Origin: Chthoniobacterales bacterium
Lineage (GTDB): Bacteria; Verrucomicrobiota; Verrucomicrobiia; Chthoniobacterales; DASVRZ01
Direction: 5' to 3'
DNA: 64,000 nucleotides
NCBI GenBank assembly: GCA_038230215.1
Contig: JBBRNR010000002.1
Location: 204,533-268,532 of the forward strand
The notes beneath the pieces were generated by a model, which ran no database searches, was not told the DNA's origin, and saw nothing but the letters and a program-made list of their open reading frames with translations. A program made the position numbers and the translations under genes. This document shows, piece after piece, positions 1 through 9,752 of this stretch; the first letter of the stretch is position 1, and the number at the start of each line of letters is the position of its first letter.

Positions 1-78
1 AAGTGGTTCAGCCCCACTCGAAAGGCTCCCTACGACCCAGTCAGCGAACGAAGTGCCTCGCGGTATGCGTTTACCAGA

Positions 79-3078
79 ATGACGACGCTGGGTGCCCAGG
101 AATGGGTGATTTATTGCCGCCCCGCCCCTCACTTTCTGGAGAGATACCTGTGGTGGGAGCAGGGATTTATCTTCGCAGGCTGCCTGCTAATGAGCGGACT
201 GGCGGCAGTTTACCTCCTGCGCCAGCGTCTCACGGCTGACAAGTTGCGTCGTCAGCACCGCATCACCCGCGTTCTGGAGAACATCGCGGTCGCCGCGAAC
301 GAGGCCACGACAGATGAGGAACTGCTCGCCAAATCGCTCCAATTGATTTGTGCCTATCTCGACTGGCCATTTGGTCATGTCTGCGTGCCCGATGTGAAGG
401 ATGAGAATGTGCTGGTGTCGAGCGGGGTTTTCAGCATTTCCGACGAGGAACGCTTGCAGACAATGCGCCATGAAGCGGAGAAGATAAAGTTTATCTCAGG
501 CAAAGGATTGCCTGGCCAAGTGATGGAATCTCGAGAGGCGATCTTCGTGGAAGATCTGAGGAATTTTGATGGCTTTGTGCGCAAGGACGCCGCCGAGCAC
601 ACTGGACTGCTCTCGGGTTTTGCCTTTCCCGTAATCGTGCGGGATCGAGTGGCAGCAGTGGTGGAGCTTTATCATTTGGACGTTAGCAAACCGTTCCCGG
701 GCTGGAGGGATTTGCTCCTGAACATTAGTCGGCAAATGTCGTATGCAATGGAGAGGCGGCTGGCGGCGGAGGATTTGCAGGAGAAAACGGCGGTGCTGGA
801 GAATGCAGCGGAGGGCATCGCTTACGTGGACGTGGCAGGCATTTATCTCACCGTGAACAAGGCGTATGCCCGCATGTGCGGCATTCCGGCGAATGAGTTG
901 ATCGGAACCAACCGGCGCGGCCAGATCCATCATGAGGACGTGGATATTTTCACCGCAGCTTATCTGGAGATGATCATGGAGGGGCGTTCCGAGGCCGAGG
1001 GACGTTTCCTGCGTCCGGACGGGTCGATTTTCTATCAGGATCTCACGATGATCCGCGACTTGGATCGCGCGGATAAACTTCGGGGCTGCTACTTGTTTTC
1101 CCGAGACATTACCGAGCGCGAGGAACAGCAAAAGGCTCTGCGCGAGAGCGAGGAACGCTTCATGGCTTTTATGGAGAACAACCCCGCGAGCGCCTCGATC
1201 AAGGACGAGAACAGTCGGCTGGTTTACATCAATCCGGCGAGTCTGCAAAATTTCGGCCTGACCAAGGATGCGATCGGCAAAACGCCCGAGGAATTGACTG
1301 ATGCCGCCGCCGCCAAGATCACCCGGGAAAGTGACCAGAAGTTCCTCGCCCTCAACAAGCCGCAGATGCAGGTCGAAGTCATCCCGGATCAACTCGGAAA
1401 ATCGCGCCATTGGCTGGTGTATAAATTTCCCATGAAAGGCCGCGATGGCCAGCGTCTGATCGGCGTGCTCTGCCTCGACATGACGGATCGGATGGAGGCC
1501 GAGACGGCGATAATCGCCGCGCGCGACGAGGCACTGGAGTCGGCACGATTAAAGTCGCAGTTTCTCGCGAATATGAGCCACGAGATTCGCACACCGATGA
1601 ATGGGATCATCGGGATGCTGGGGCTGTTGGGGAAAACGGAGTTGCAGCCGAATCAGTCCGAGTTGTTGCGCACGGCGATGAGCGCATCGGATTCGTTGCT
1701 GCGCCTGTTGAACGACATTCTGGATTTCTCAAAAATCGACGCCGGTAAAATGGAACTCGATCCCGTCGTCTTCGATCCGCGCCAGTGTCTGCGGCACTCT
1801 GTTAGAATCCTCGAGGCCGTCGCCCACAAGAAAGGACTGGAACTCACCTGGACTGCGGCGCCCGAGGTTCCGGCTCAGCTCCGCGGCGACTCCGGGCGGC
1901 TGTCCCAGATACTGGTGAACCTCGTGAACAACGGGATCAAATTCACCCACGAGGGCTCCGTCTCCGCCCGGCTTTACGTGGACGGTCGCGAGGGTTCCGA
2001 GGTTCTGCTGCACGGCGTCGTGCGCGACACCGGCATCGGCGTTTCGGAGAGTCATCGCGAGCTGATTTTCCAACCCTTCCGCCAGTCCGACAGCTCGACC
2101 GCCCGCCATTACGGCGGCACTGGACTGGGTCTCGCCATTTGCTCTCAACTCGTGGAATTGATGGACGGCAAAATCTGGATCGAGCCCGTGCCCACGGGTG
2201 GGAGCGAGTTTCATTTCACTGTGAAAATGGAGGAGACCTCCGAGGCAGCGCCTGCCCTTCTCACGAGCCAGACCGTGATGTCCCTCGCGAAGCAATCCCT
2301 GCGAATACTCCTCGCCGAGGACAACGAGATCAACCAGCACCTCGCCATCGCCCTGCTGCAGGAGAGGGGACACCACGTCATCCTTGCCCGCAACGGATTT
2401 GAGGCCGTGGAGCTTTTCGAGAAATCGAGCTTCGACCTCATCCTCATGGACGTGCAAATGCCGGGCAAGGACGGCTACGAGGCGACGCTCGACATTCGCC
2501 GCCATCCCAAGGGAAAAACCATTCCGATCTACGCGGTTACCGCCCACGCCATGCCCGAGGATCGCCGCCGCTGCATCGAGGTCGGCATGAACGATTACCT
2601 CACGAAACCCATCCGCGTGGACCAGTTTGCCCGACTCGTCGAATCGAAGGTCGAGCGCAACGAAACGCTCGTTCAGCAGCCCCGTGAAACCCGGCTCATC
2701 AAGACCCGACTCATCCCTCCGGTGATTTCTCCCGTAGTCGGCTGCAAAAATTTCGACCTTGGCGCACTCCGCCAGATGGTGAACAACAACGACGCGCTCA
2801 TTATGCAACTGGCCTCCACTTTCACCCGCCAGGCCGCTGAGGACCGGAGTCAGATGCAGGCCGCCTTGCAGGAGCGCAACGGCACGCTGCTGGAACATTC
2901 GGCGCATCGTTTGAAAGGCTCTGCGCTGAGTTTTTCCGCCGCGCCGCTCGCCGAGATCGCCCAGACGCTGGAGACAGCGGGCCGCAATGAAGACTTTGAA
3001 AGCGCGAGCGCCGTCTGGGAGAAATTTGAGTCGGCTTACAACGCATTGGTGTCGGAGCTGGAGGGGTTAAACAGTTAG
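79..3078 (+). CDS. Hybrid sensor histidine kinase / response regulator (TM - GAF - PAS x2 - HisKA - HATPase_c - REC - HPt)
   Basis: 999-aa ORF. H-box 'FLANMSHEIRTPMNGI'. ATPase boxes 'DTGIGV' and 'GGTGLGLAI'. Receiver 'DLILMDVQMPGKDG ... LTKP'. C-terminal HPt 'AHRLKGSA'. N-terminal hydrophobic helix. Confidence 0.9.
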   Translation: MTTLGAQEWVIYCRPAPHFLERYLWWEQGFIFAGCLLMSGLAAVYLLRQRLTADKLRRQHRITRVLENIAVAANEATTDEELLAKSLQLICAYLDWPFGHVCVPDVKDENVLVSSGVFSISDEERLQTMRHEAEKIKFISGKGLPGQVMESREAIFVEDLRNFDGFVRKDAAEHTGLLSGFAFPVIVRDRVAAVVELYHLDVSKPFPGWRDLLLNISRQMSYAMERRLAAEDLQEKTAVLENAAEGIAYVDVAGIYLTVNKAYARMCGIPANELIGTNRRGQIHHEDVDIFTAAYLEMIMEGRSEAEGRFLRPDGSIFYQDLTMIRDLDRADKLRGCYLFSRDITEREEQQKALRESEERFMAFMENNPASASIKDENSRLVYINPASLQNFGLTKDAIGKTPEELTDAAAAKITRESDQKFLALNKPQMQVEVIPDQLGKSRHWLVYKFPMKGRDGQRLIGVLCLDMTDRMEAETAIIAARDEALESARLKSQFLANMSHEIRTPMNGIIGMLGLLGKTELQPNQSELLRTAMSASDSLLRLLNDILDFSKIDAGKMELDPVVFDPRQCLRHSVRILEAVAHKKGLELTWTAAPEVPAQLRGDSGRLSQILVNLVNNGIKFTHEGSVSARLYVDGREGSEVLLHGVVRDTGIGVSESHRELIFQPFRQSDSSTARHYGGTGLGLAICSQLVELMDGKIWIEPVPTGGSEFHFTVKMEETSEAAPALLTSQTVMSLAKQSLRILLAEDNEINQHLAIALLQERGHHVILARNGFEAVELFEKSSFDLILMDVQMPGKDGYEATLDIRRHPKGKTIPIYAVTAHAMPEDRRRCIEVGMNDYLTKPIRVDQFARLVESKVERNETLVQQPRETRLIKTRLIPPVISPVVGCKNFDLGALRQMVNNNDALIMQLASTFTRQAAEDRSQMQAALQERNGTLLEHSAHRLKGSALSFSAAPLAEIAQTLETAGRNEDFESASAVWEKFESAYNALVSELEGLNS

Positions 3079-3136
3079 TCACAACAATTCGGTCTTGAGA
3101 TACGTATAAAGTTTGTAGTTATTAGTTTAGACCCTC

Positions 3137-3751
3137 ATGAACATTCTCATCGCCGAAGACGACGCTATTTCCCGACTCCTCCTTACAGACACCCTTACGC
3201 GCTGGGGCCACCACGTTGAAGCCGTCGAAAATGGCGAGCAGGCCTGGGCTGTTTTTCAACGCGCAGACGCGCCACCGCTGGCGATTCTCGACTGGATGAT
3301 GCCTGGCCTCGACGGTCTCGAAGTCTGCCGACGCGCTCGCGGCCTGCCCCGAAGCGTGGCCTTTCACATTATTTTACTAACAGCCCGCGATGAAAAAAGC
3401 GACATCGTTGGTGCTCTCGACATCGGGGCAAACGATTACATGGTGAAGCCGTTCGATCCTGCGGAATTGCGCGCCCGTGTCGGAGTTGGCGAGCGAATGA
3501 TCGCGCTTCAGGAGGAGCTGGCCGCCCGCGTTCTGGAGCTGGAGGAGGCTTTGGAAAAAGTGAAGAAACTCCAGGGGTTGCTGCCGATTTGCGCCTACTG
3601 CAAAAAAATCCGCAACGACGAGGATTACTGGCAGGAAGTGGAAACCTATCTCGGCGACCATTCGGAGGCGGAGTTCAGCCACGGGATTTGCCCGCACTGC
3701 TTCGAGAAATTGATGGGCATCTCGTTCGCCGAGGCGAAGGCCAAGCAATAG
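3137..3751 (+). CDS. Response regulator: REC domain + coiled coil + C-terminal CxxC-x29-CxxC Cys/His module
   Basis: 204-aa ORF 58 bp after the kinase. Receiver motifs 'ILIAEDD', 'ILDWMMPGLDG' and 'YMVKPF'. C-terminus 'LPICAYCKKIRNDEDYWQEVETYLGDHSEAEFSHGICPHCFEKL'. Confidence 0.85.
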   Translation: MNILIAEDDAISRLLLTDTLTRWGHHVEAVENGEQAWAVFQRADAPPLAILDWMMPGLDGLEVCRRARGLPRSVAFHIILLTARDEKSDIVGALDIGANDYMVKPFDPAELRARVGVGERMIALQEELAARVLELEEALEKVKKLQGLLPICAYCKKIRNDEDYWQEVETYLGDHSEAEFSHGICPHCFEKLMGISFAEAKAKQ

Positions 3752-3823
3752 ATCGGCGGCGTTGGAAAGGACCGAATTTTTTCGTGCCTTTTCACTCCGG
3801 CTTGTCCTTAATATGGCCTTCCC

Positions 3824-4876
3824 ATGAGTCAGAAATCGCCCCTTAAAAAAGTAGCCGTCGTCGGAGCATCCGGCTATTCGGGAGAGGAACTGCTCCGCCT
3901 GCTGGGGAATCATCCGGAAGTCGAATTGGTCGCGATCACTTCGCGGCAACATGCGGGCAAGGCTCTCGGCGATGTGCAGCCACAATTTCGCGGTCATCCG
4001 AAGCTGGCGAACATCCAATTTATCCAGTCGGATGTCGCTCAAATCGTGGCCACGGGAGCGGAGTTTGTCTTCCTCGCGCTGCCGCACGGTCTCGCAGGGG
4101 AATTTGCCGGGCCACTGCTGGAAGCTGGCCTGCGAGTGCTCGACCTGAGCGCAGATTTCCGGCTGCGCGACGCGGCGGTTTTCGAGGAATTTTACGGAGC
4201 CAAACATCCCGCGCCGCAGTTGCTGAATCAAGCCGTTTACGGTTCACCGGAACTGCATCGCGATGCCATCGTGAATGCGATGTTAGTCGCCTGTCCCGGC
4301 TGCTATCCCACCAGTATTCTGGTCCCGCTCGTGCCTCTGCTGCGCCGCAAATTGCTCAAGCCACAAAGCATCATCGCCAACAGCCTCAGCGGAGTCAGCG
4401 GTGCTGGACGCAAGGCCGATATTTTGCTGCTCTTCGCCGAGTGCAATGAAAGTGTGCGCGCCTACGGGCTGCCCAAACACCGTCATTTGTCTGAGATCGA
4501 GCAGGAGCTTTCCCTCGCCGCTAGCACCGATCTAACCATTAGCTTTGCGCCGCACCTCATTCCCATCACACGCGGTATACTAACCACGATTCACGCTGCG
4601 CCGGACGAAAACCTAACCTTGGACGCGCTATCCGCCGCCTATCATGAGGCTTACACCGACGAGCCATTCGTCCGATTGTTGGGAACGACTGATTTTCCCG
4701 ATGTGAAATACGTTGCACGTACTAACTACATCGACATCGGCTGGCAATTCGACAAGCGCACCGGGCGCGTCATCCTTCTCAGTGCTGAAGACAATCTTAC
4801 CAAGGGAGCCGCAGGCCAGGCTGTGCAATGCCTCAACCTAATGGCCGGTTTTCCCGAAACCACGGGATTGATCTAA
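3824..4876 (+). CDS. argC: N-acetyl-gamma-glutamyl-phosphate reductase
   Basis: 350 aa. 'VAVVGASGYSGEELLRLL' NAD-binding N-terminus, active-site 'PGCYPTS'. First gene of an arg operon. Confidence 0.93.
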   Translation: MSQKSPLKKVAVVGASGYSGEELLRLLGNHPEVELVAITSRQHAGKALGDVQPQFRGHPKLANIQFIQSDVAQIVATGAEFVFLALPHGLAGEFAGPLLEAGLRVLDLSADFRLRDAAVFEEFYGAKHPAPQLLNQAVYGSPELHRDAIVNAMLVACPGCYPTSILVPLVPLLRRKLLKPQSIIANSLSGVSGAGRKADILLLFAECNESVRAYGLPKHRHLSEIEQELSLAASTDLTISFAPHLIPITRGILTTIHAAPDENLTLDALSAAYHEAYTDEPFVRLLGTTDFPDVKYVARTNYIDIGWQFDKRTGRVILLSAEDNLTKGAAGQAVQCLNLMAGFPETTGLI

Positions 4877-4888
4877 CCATTTACTAAC

Positions 4889-6109
4889 ATGCCCGAACAC
4901 ACCACATTTCCCATCGTTTCCGGCGGCATTACGCTGCCCGCAGGCTTCCTTGCCGGAGCTGTCTATGCTGGCATCAAACCTGGCAACGACGACAAGCGCG
5001 ACTTCGCCCTTATTCTCTCGGAAGTCCCTTCGGTGGCCGCGGCAACTTTCACGACTAACAAGATCAAGGCCGCACCCGTTCGCGTCTCGCAGGCTAATAT
5101 TCGCGGCGGCGACATCCGCGGCATTCTACTCAACAGTGGAAACGCTAATGCCTGCAACGGCATCGTGGGCATCCAGCACGCGAAGCGCAGCATCAAGGCC
5201 GTCGCCAAAGTTTTCAACTTGAAGGATAGTCAGTTGCTAGTCTGCTCCACAGGCCGCATTGGCGTAGAGCTCCCTATCGAAAAAATGGAGTCTGCGGCCA
5301 CTCTTTTTCCCGATGCCCTGTCTCGCAAGGGAAGTCGCAAAACCGCCAAGGCAATCATGACTTCCGACACCTTTCCGAAGGAGATCGCCGTGCAGGTCGA
5401 GCTGGGCGGCAGGACAGTCAGCATCGGCGGAATCGCCAAGGGCGCAGGCATGATCAATCCTAACATGGCGACCATGCTCAGTGTCGTGACGACTGATCTC
5501 ACCATTGAGAAAAAAGAGCTGCAACGCGCCCTTAGCATCGCCGTGGAGCAGAGTTACAATCGGATCACGGTCGATGGCGACATGAGTACTAACGATACGG
5601 TCATTCTTCTAGCCAATGGAGCTGCCGGTGGCGGACCTGTGACGAGCGAGCATCCGGAGTTTCATCGTTTTCAGGAGGCACTAAATTTCGTCACGCGCAA
5701 CCTGGCCCGCATGATCGTGGAGGACGGCGAGGGTGTTAGCAAATTTGTCGAAGTGCAGATCAATGGCGCCGCCACTTTCCAAGACGCCAGAAAGGTCGCC
5801 AACGCGATTGCCAATTCCACGCTGGTCAAATGCGCATGGAACGGCGAGGACCCAAATTGGGGTCGGATCATGGACGCGATCGGTTATTCCACGGCTCGTG
5901 CGCGAGAGGAAATGATCGATATTTACTACGACGGATTGATCGCCGTGAAAAATGGCATGAAGAGCGCGACACCCGTGAAAGCACTCCGCAGCGTGATGAA
6001 AAAACGGAAGTTTAAAGTCACCGTGGACCTCCATCTCGGTGATGCCCAATACATTATTTACACGACCGATCTCACAGCCGAATACGTCGAGCTGAACAAG
6101 GGCGAATAA
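4889..6109 (+). CDS. argJ: Bifunctional ornithine acetyltransferase / N-acetylglutamate synthase
   Basis: 406 aa. 'TTNKIKAAPV', self-cleavage region 'PNMATMLSVVTTD'. Lies between argC and argB. Confidence 0.93.
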   Translation: MPEHTTFPIVSGGITLPAGFLAGAVYAGIKPGNDDKRDFALILSEVPSVAAATFTTNKIKAAPVRVSQANIRGGDIRGILLNSGNANACNGIVGIQHAKRSIKAVAKVFNLKDSQLLVCSTGRIGVELPIEKMESAATLFPDALSRKGSRKTAKAIMTSDTFPKEIAVQVELGGRTVSIGGIAKGAGMINPNMATMLSVVTTDLTIEKKELQRALSIAVEQSYNRITVDGDMSTNDTVILLANGAAGGGPVTSEHPEFHRFQEALNFVTRNLARMIVEDGEGVSKFVEVQINGAATFQDARKVANAIANSTLVKCAWNGEDPNWGRIMDAIGYSTARAREEMIDIYYDGLIAVKNGMKSATPVKALRSVMKKRKFKVTVDLHLGDAQYIIYTTDLTAEYVELNKGE

Positions 6110-6128
6110 GGGCTTAGTCATACTTTTC

Positions 6129-7010
6129 ATGTCCAGCATTTCCTCATCCATTCGTGCCGAAGTCCTCATCGAGGCGCTGCCGTTCATCCAGAAATTTCGC
6201 GGGCAGACTTTCGTTATCAAATATGGCGGAAGTGCCATGGAGGACGATCATCTGGTCGAGCGACTTCTGCGCGACGTCGTTTTCCTGGAAGCTGTCGGTA
6301 TTAATCCGGTGCTGGTCCACGGCGGCGGAAAATCCATCAGCGGAAAAATGCGCGAGGCGGGACTGGCCGCGCGGTTCGTTAATGGCCTGCGCGTGACCGA
6401 CGAGGCTGTCATCGGCCTCGTCGAAGAGGTTTTGGATCGTGAGATCAATCCTGGTCTGGTGAAGACGATCAACGAGTTTGGCGGCCATGCGGTTGGGTTC
6501 TCCGGGCGCGATGTTTGTCTTGGAGAAAAACTCCCGCCGCAAGTCGATGCGAAGACCGGTGAAATGGTCGATCTCGGCTATGTCGGAACTGTGAACACGC
6601 TGAATCTGGAAACCGTGCGAGCGATCCTTGCGGTGGAAAAAGTCCCGATCATTTCGCCGATTGCCCGCGACGCAAATGGTCACACGCTGAACGTCAACGC
6701 CGACATCGCCGCTGGCTCCATTGCCGCCGCTTTGGGCGCGTCGAAAATGATCTATCTCAGCGATGTGCCCGGCATCATGCGCGATGTGGACGACCGCGAA
6801 TCGCTCATCCCCAGTGTTAACAGCGAAATGGTTAGAAAACTCATGCAGCAGGGCGTCATTGCTGGCGGCATGATTCCCAAGGTCGAGTCCGCGCTCAAGG
6901 CCCTCAGCGAAGGCGTGGGCAAGGTCCATTTCATCGATGGCCGCATCCCGCATGCGCTGCTTTTGGAGATATGCACCAACAGCGGCATCGGCACGGAAGT
7001 CTTGCCCTGA
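6129..7010 (+). CDS. argB: Acetylglutamate kinase
   Basis: 293 aa. 'FVIKYGGSAM', 'VLVHGGG', 'NVNADIAAG'. Confidence 0.93.
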   Translation: MSSISSSIRAEVLIEALPFIQKFRGQTFVIKYGGSAMEDDHLVERLLRDVVFLEAVGINPVLVHGGGKSISGKMREAGLAARFVNGLRVTDEAVIGLVEEVLDREINPGLVKTINEFGGHAVGFSGRDVCLGEKLPPQVDAKTGEMVDLGYVGTVNTLNLETVRAILAVEKVPIISPIARDANGHTLNVNADIAAGSIAAALGASKMIYLSDVPGIMRDVDDRESLIPSVNSEMVRKLMQQGVIAGGMIPKVESALKALSEGVGKVHFIDGRIPHALLLEICTNSGIGTEVLP

Positions 7011-7216
7011 CATCCTGAAAGGGCGCGGGTTCCCTGGTAGAGGACGATGCGGACAGTGGTCGTCTCCTTGAAATCGTGATCAAACTGGTTGAAACAAAAC
7101 CTTTTGTCCTCCGGTGATTGACACGGTTTTCGCTGCTGCCATAGTGCTGACTGTCGCAAAACTTCCCACCCGAAAGCGCGACCCTGTTCTAGAAAATCGT
7201 TTACGATTTATCCAGT

Positions 7217-7693
7217 ATGGGACACGGGAAATTCACCGCAGCATCAGCACCACCAACCACTAAAAATCCTATGGCCGACATCAGTCACGTTAAAAATTCC
7301 CTCTCCGCAGACATCGAGATCAAGGGCTCCATCAAATTCACCAGCGACCTCACCATCGACGGCAAAGTTGAGGGCGAGATCAACTCTGAAGGCACCCTCA
7401 CCCTCGGCGAAAACGCCGACATCCGCGGCGAGATCAAGACGAAATCCGTGACCATCTACGGCAAAGTCCATGGCAACATCACTGTTGCGGAAAAATGCGA
7501 ACTCAAGTCTCGGGCACAGCTCATCGGCGACTTGAAGGCGGCTCGCCTCATCATTGAGGAAGGCGCTACGTTTGTAGGCAAATCCGAAGTCAATGCCAGT
7601 AAGAACGGTCTGCCCAGCAGGCCGATGGCGACTGCCAGCGAGGAAATCATAGCGCCCGCCCCTTCGAAAATCGCGTCCATCCTCGGGCGCTAA
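7217..7693 (+). CDS. Bactofilin (polymer-forming cytoskeletal protein)
   Basis: 158 aa. Beta-helical repeat pattern 'IEIKGSIKFTSDLTIDGKVEGEINSEGTLTLGENADIRGEIKTKSVTIYGKVHGNI'. An alternative start is ATG 7271 (MADISH...). Confidence 0.85.
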   Translation: MGHGKFTAASAPPTTKNPMADISHVKNSLSADIEIKGSIKFTSDLTIDGKVEGEINSEGTLTLGENADIRGEIKTKSVTIYGKVHGNITVAEKCELKSRAQLIGDLKAARLIIEEGATFVGKSEVNASKNGLPSRPMATASEEIIAPAPSKIASILGR

Positions 7694-7702
7694 CCCGCAC
7701 CG

Positions 7703-8515
7703 GTGGCCAAGCCGACCGCAGTCAAGGTCAGTGTCCAGTGCCCGCATTGTGGCGCGCACCAACTCGAGCCTGCCCTCGCGCAATCCACGTATTGCCGCGC
7801 GTGTAGTCAGCATTTTGAGATTGGCGTCAAAAATCACGATCACCATGTGGATGACGATGGGCCCGGTATTTGGGAGAAATTCAGCGGACTTTTCCGTGAC
7901 AATTCGCCCAAAGTCGTTTCGTGCTTTGAATGCGGCACTCGCCAGGAAGTCGTCCGCACCGCTACGTCCTGTTCCTGTAAATCCTGTGGTGCCTACATCG
8001 ACCTGCAAGACGTAAAGGTCGAGAGTGGATTCAGCCGCGCCATCCAGACTGCGGGCCACATTTACATCTCGCCGAAAGGGGATTTATACACGGCCCGAGC
8101 CATTTGTGGGAGCGCCGACGTGCGCGGCTCCATGCGAGGGCAACTCGTTTGCACCGGGGAAATCAGCGTTAGATACAAGGGGCGCATCACTGGCGGCATC
8201 GAGACCGATACCCTGCGCGTGGTCAAAAAATCGACCACCGAATTTGTGCGTCCACTCCGAGCGCGCGACGTCTTCATCGAGGGTGAAATGTCTGGGCGCA
8301 TCCTCGCCAGCGGCACGGTCCACATTGCAAAATCCGGCCGCATGACCGGCTCGATCTATGCAAAGGGAATCAACATCGAGCGCGGCGGCGAATTCGAGGG
8401 CGAGTTGAACATTGGCGAAAACCAAACCGAAGAGCCCAGCTTGTTGCCGACTCCGCCACGACCAAAGTCTCGCCGGAACGATCCCCAGAGCGAACTTGGC
8501 CTCGGGCTGGGTTAG
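7703..8515 (+). CDS. Bactofilin-domain protein with two N-terminal zinc-ribbon motifs
   Basis: 270 aa with a GTG start. 'CPHCGAH...YCRACSQ' and 'CFECGTR...CKSCGAY' are followed by bactofilin-like repeats 'RGQLVCTGEISVRYKGRITGGIETDTLRV ... GRILASGTVHIAKSGRMTGSIYAKGINIERGGEFEGEL'. Confidence 0.8.
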   Translation: MAKPTAVKVSVQCPHCGAHQLEPALAQSTYCRACSQHFEIGVKNHDHHVDDDGPGIWEKFSGLFRDNSPKVVSCFECGTRQEVVRTATSCSCKSCGAYIDLQDVKVESGFSRAIQTAGHIYISPKGDLYTARAICGSADVRGSMRGQLVCTGEISVRYKGRITGGIETDTLRVVKKSTTEFVRPLRARDVFIEGEMSGRILASGTVHIAKSGRMTGSIYAKGINIERGGEFEGELNIGENQTEEPSLLPTPPRPKSRRNDPQSELGLGLG

Positions 8516-8524
8516 ATTCCCCCT

Positions 8525-8941
8525 ATGCCTCGGAAATACCCTCGCAGTCCCTACGAACGCCTCGCCGGCTACGTGCATCTCCCGCGCCTGATCGATAAGG
8601 CGCGCCTGCATGGACAGGGCCAGCTTGTCGGATACAATTACAAAACACTCGGCTTCGACAAACATTTGCTCGCCTTCCTCCAACTCGATCCCGACGCCTT
8701 TGAGGCCATCGCCAACGAACTTGATTCCGACGAAGCCATCGCAGCCTGGGTGCAACAAAATGGCGTCCAGCATTCGCCAGAGCAGATCGAGGAATGGAAC
8801 CGCCACATGATCGGACGCCACCCGGACACCCCGGAAAAGCTGGCGCGCTTCAAGTTTTTCCTCAAAGAATCTGGCGGCGAAAACCGGCCTGAAGTGAAAA
8901 CTTATTTCGATCTAATCCAGCTCGACGAAGGCCGCATCTAG
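8525..8941 (+). CDS. DUF5069-like protein
   Basis: 138 aa. 'PRSPYERLAGYVHLPRLIDKARL...GYNYKTLGFDKHLLAFL' matches my memory of the DUF5069 family. Function unknown. Confidence 0.55.
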   Translation: MPRKYPRSPYERLAGYVHLPRLIDKARLHGQGQLVGYNYKTLGFDKHLLAFLQLDPDAFEAIANELDSDEAIAAWVQQNGVQHSPEQIEEWNRHMIGRHPDTPEKLARFKFFLKESGGENRPEVKTYFDLIQLDEGRI

Positions 8942-9678
8942 GCCAGTTTCTCAGTGAAAAACTGGAGCAATATCTCCAGCGAAAGTCGGGCCAGGGCTGG
9001 ATTGTAACGCGGCCCCTCATCTCGCAAAAAAGCATGAGCCGCATTAAATTCGTGCCATTCGAATGAAACTCCAGCCTCCTCCAGTCGCGCCTGAATCACG
9101 CGTCGGCCTTCGAGCGAAACATGCGGGTCTTGACGTCCAAAAACGAAGCAGAACGGAGACTGTGCCTCGGTGATCCGAGTTAGAGTATCATCACTTTTCC
9201 CCGCACCCAGTGTGGCCGAATGCAGGTCTGTCGGATAAAAAGCCACTGTCGCCCGCACCAGCGGATGCAGCGCGGCTCGCACCGCCAGATGACCACCCAG
9301 ACAAACGCCAAAGCTGCCGATTTTTCCACTGGCACGAGGGTGATCGACCAGAAATTCCGCCAGTGCTGCCGTGTCGGCGTCATAGGAGGCCAGCGTCTTG
9401 GTGTATTTCAACTCATTGCCGCGATCCGACCCCGCTTGATCGTAAGCCAGCACCGTTCCAGCTGGCTCAAACTCGTGGTAAACCTCAGGCACCGCCACGA
9501 GATAGCCATTCCCCGCCAGTGTCGCCGCCATCCGCCGGATCGGTCCCGTCACTTGAAAAATCTCCGAGTAAAAAATAATGGTCGGATGTTTTCCCTCACC
9601 AATTGGAATGAAAAGATGCACCCGCATCGGCCCAAGAGGCGTCGGCAGATCGACAGTGGAATCGGGTTGGATCGTCAT
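8938..9678 (-). CDS. Dienelactone hydrolase family protein
   Basis: 246 aa. Nucleophile elbow 'GVCLGGHLA'. Alpha/beta-hydrolase layout with C-terminal 'HAF'. Its stop overlaps the stop of the convergent gene within the palindrome CTAG. Confidence 0.8.
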   Translation of the reverse strand: MTIQPDSTVDLPTPLGPMRVHLFIPIGEGKHPTIIFYSEIFQVTGPIRRMAATLAGNGYLVAVPEVYHEFEPAGTVLAYDQAGSDRGNELKYTKTLASYDADTAALAEFLVDHPRASGKIGSFGVCLGGHLAVRAALHPLVRATVAFYPTDLHSATLGAGKSDDTLTRITEAQSPFCFVFGRQDPHVSLEGRRVIQARLEEAGVSFEWHEFNAAHAFLRDEGPRYNPALARLSLEILLQFFTEKLA

Positions 9679-9752
9679 GGAAGTCCAATGATTTGACGAT
9701 TACCCCGTGCGGACAAGCCCTTTGTGGTGTATGAGTGCGCCCCAAAAAAATT

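Noticed and set aside
1729-2907. 392-aa ORF on the minus strand
   Set aside because: It is antisense to the hybrid histidine kinase, whose HisKA, HATPase, REC and HPt motifs are clear.
7118-7146. Sigma-70-like promoter TTGACA-17 nt-ATAGTG upstream of the bactofilin gene
   Set aside because: The -35 hexamer is perfect but the -10 is poor, and promoter consensus in this lineage is unknown to me. It is not reported as a feature.
7244-8059. 271-aa ORF on the minus strand
   Set aside because: It is antisense to both bactofilin genes and spans their intergenic gap.
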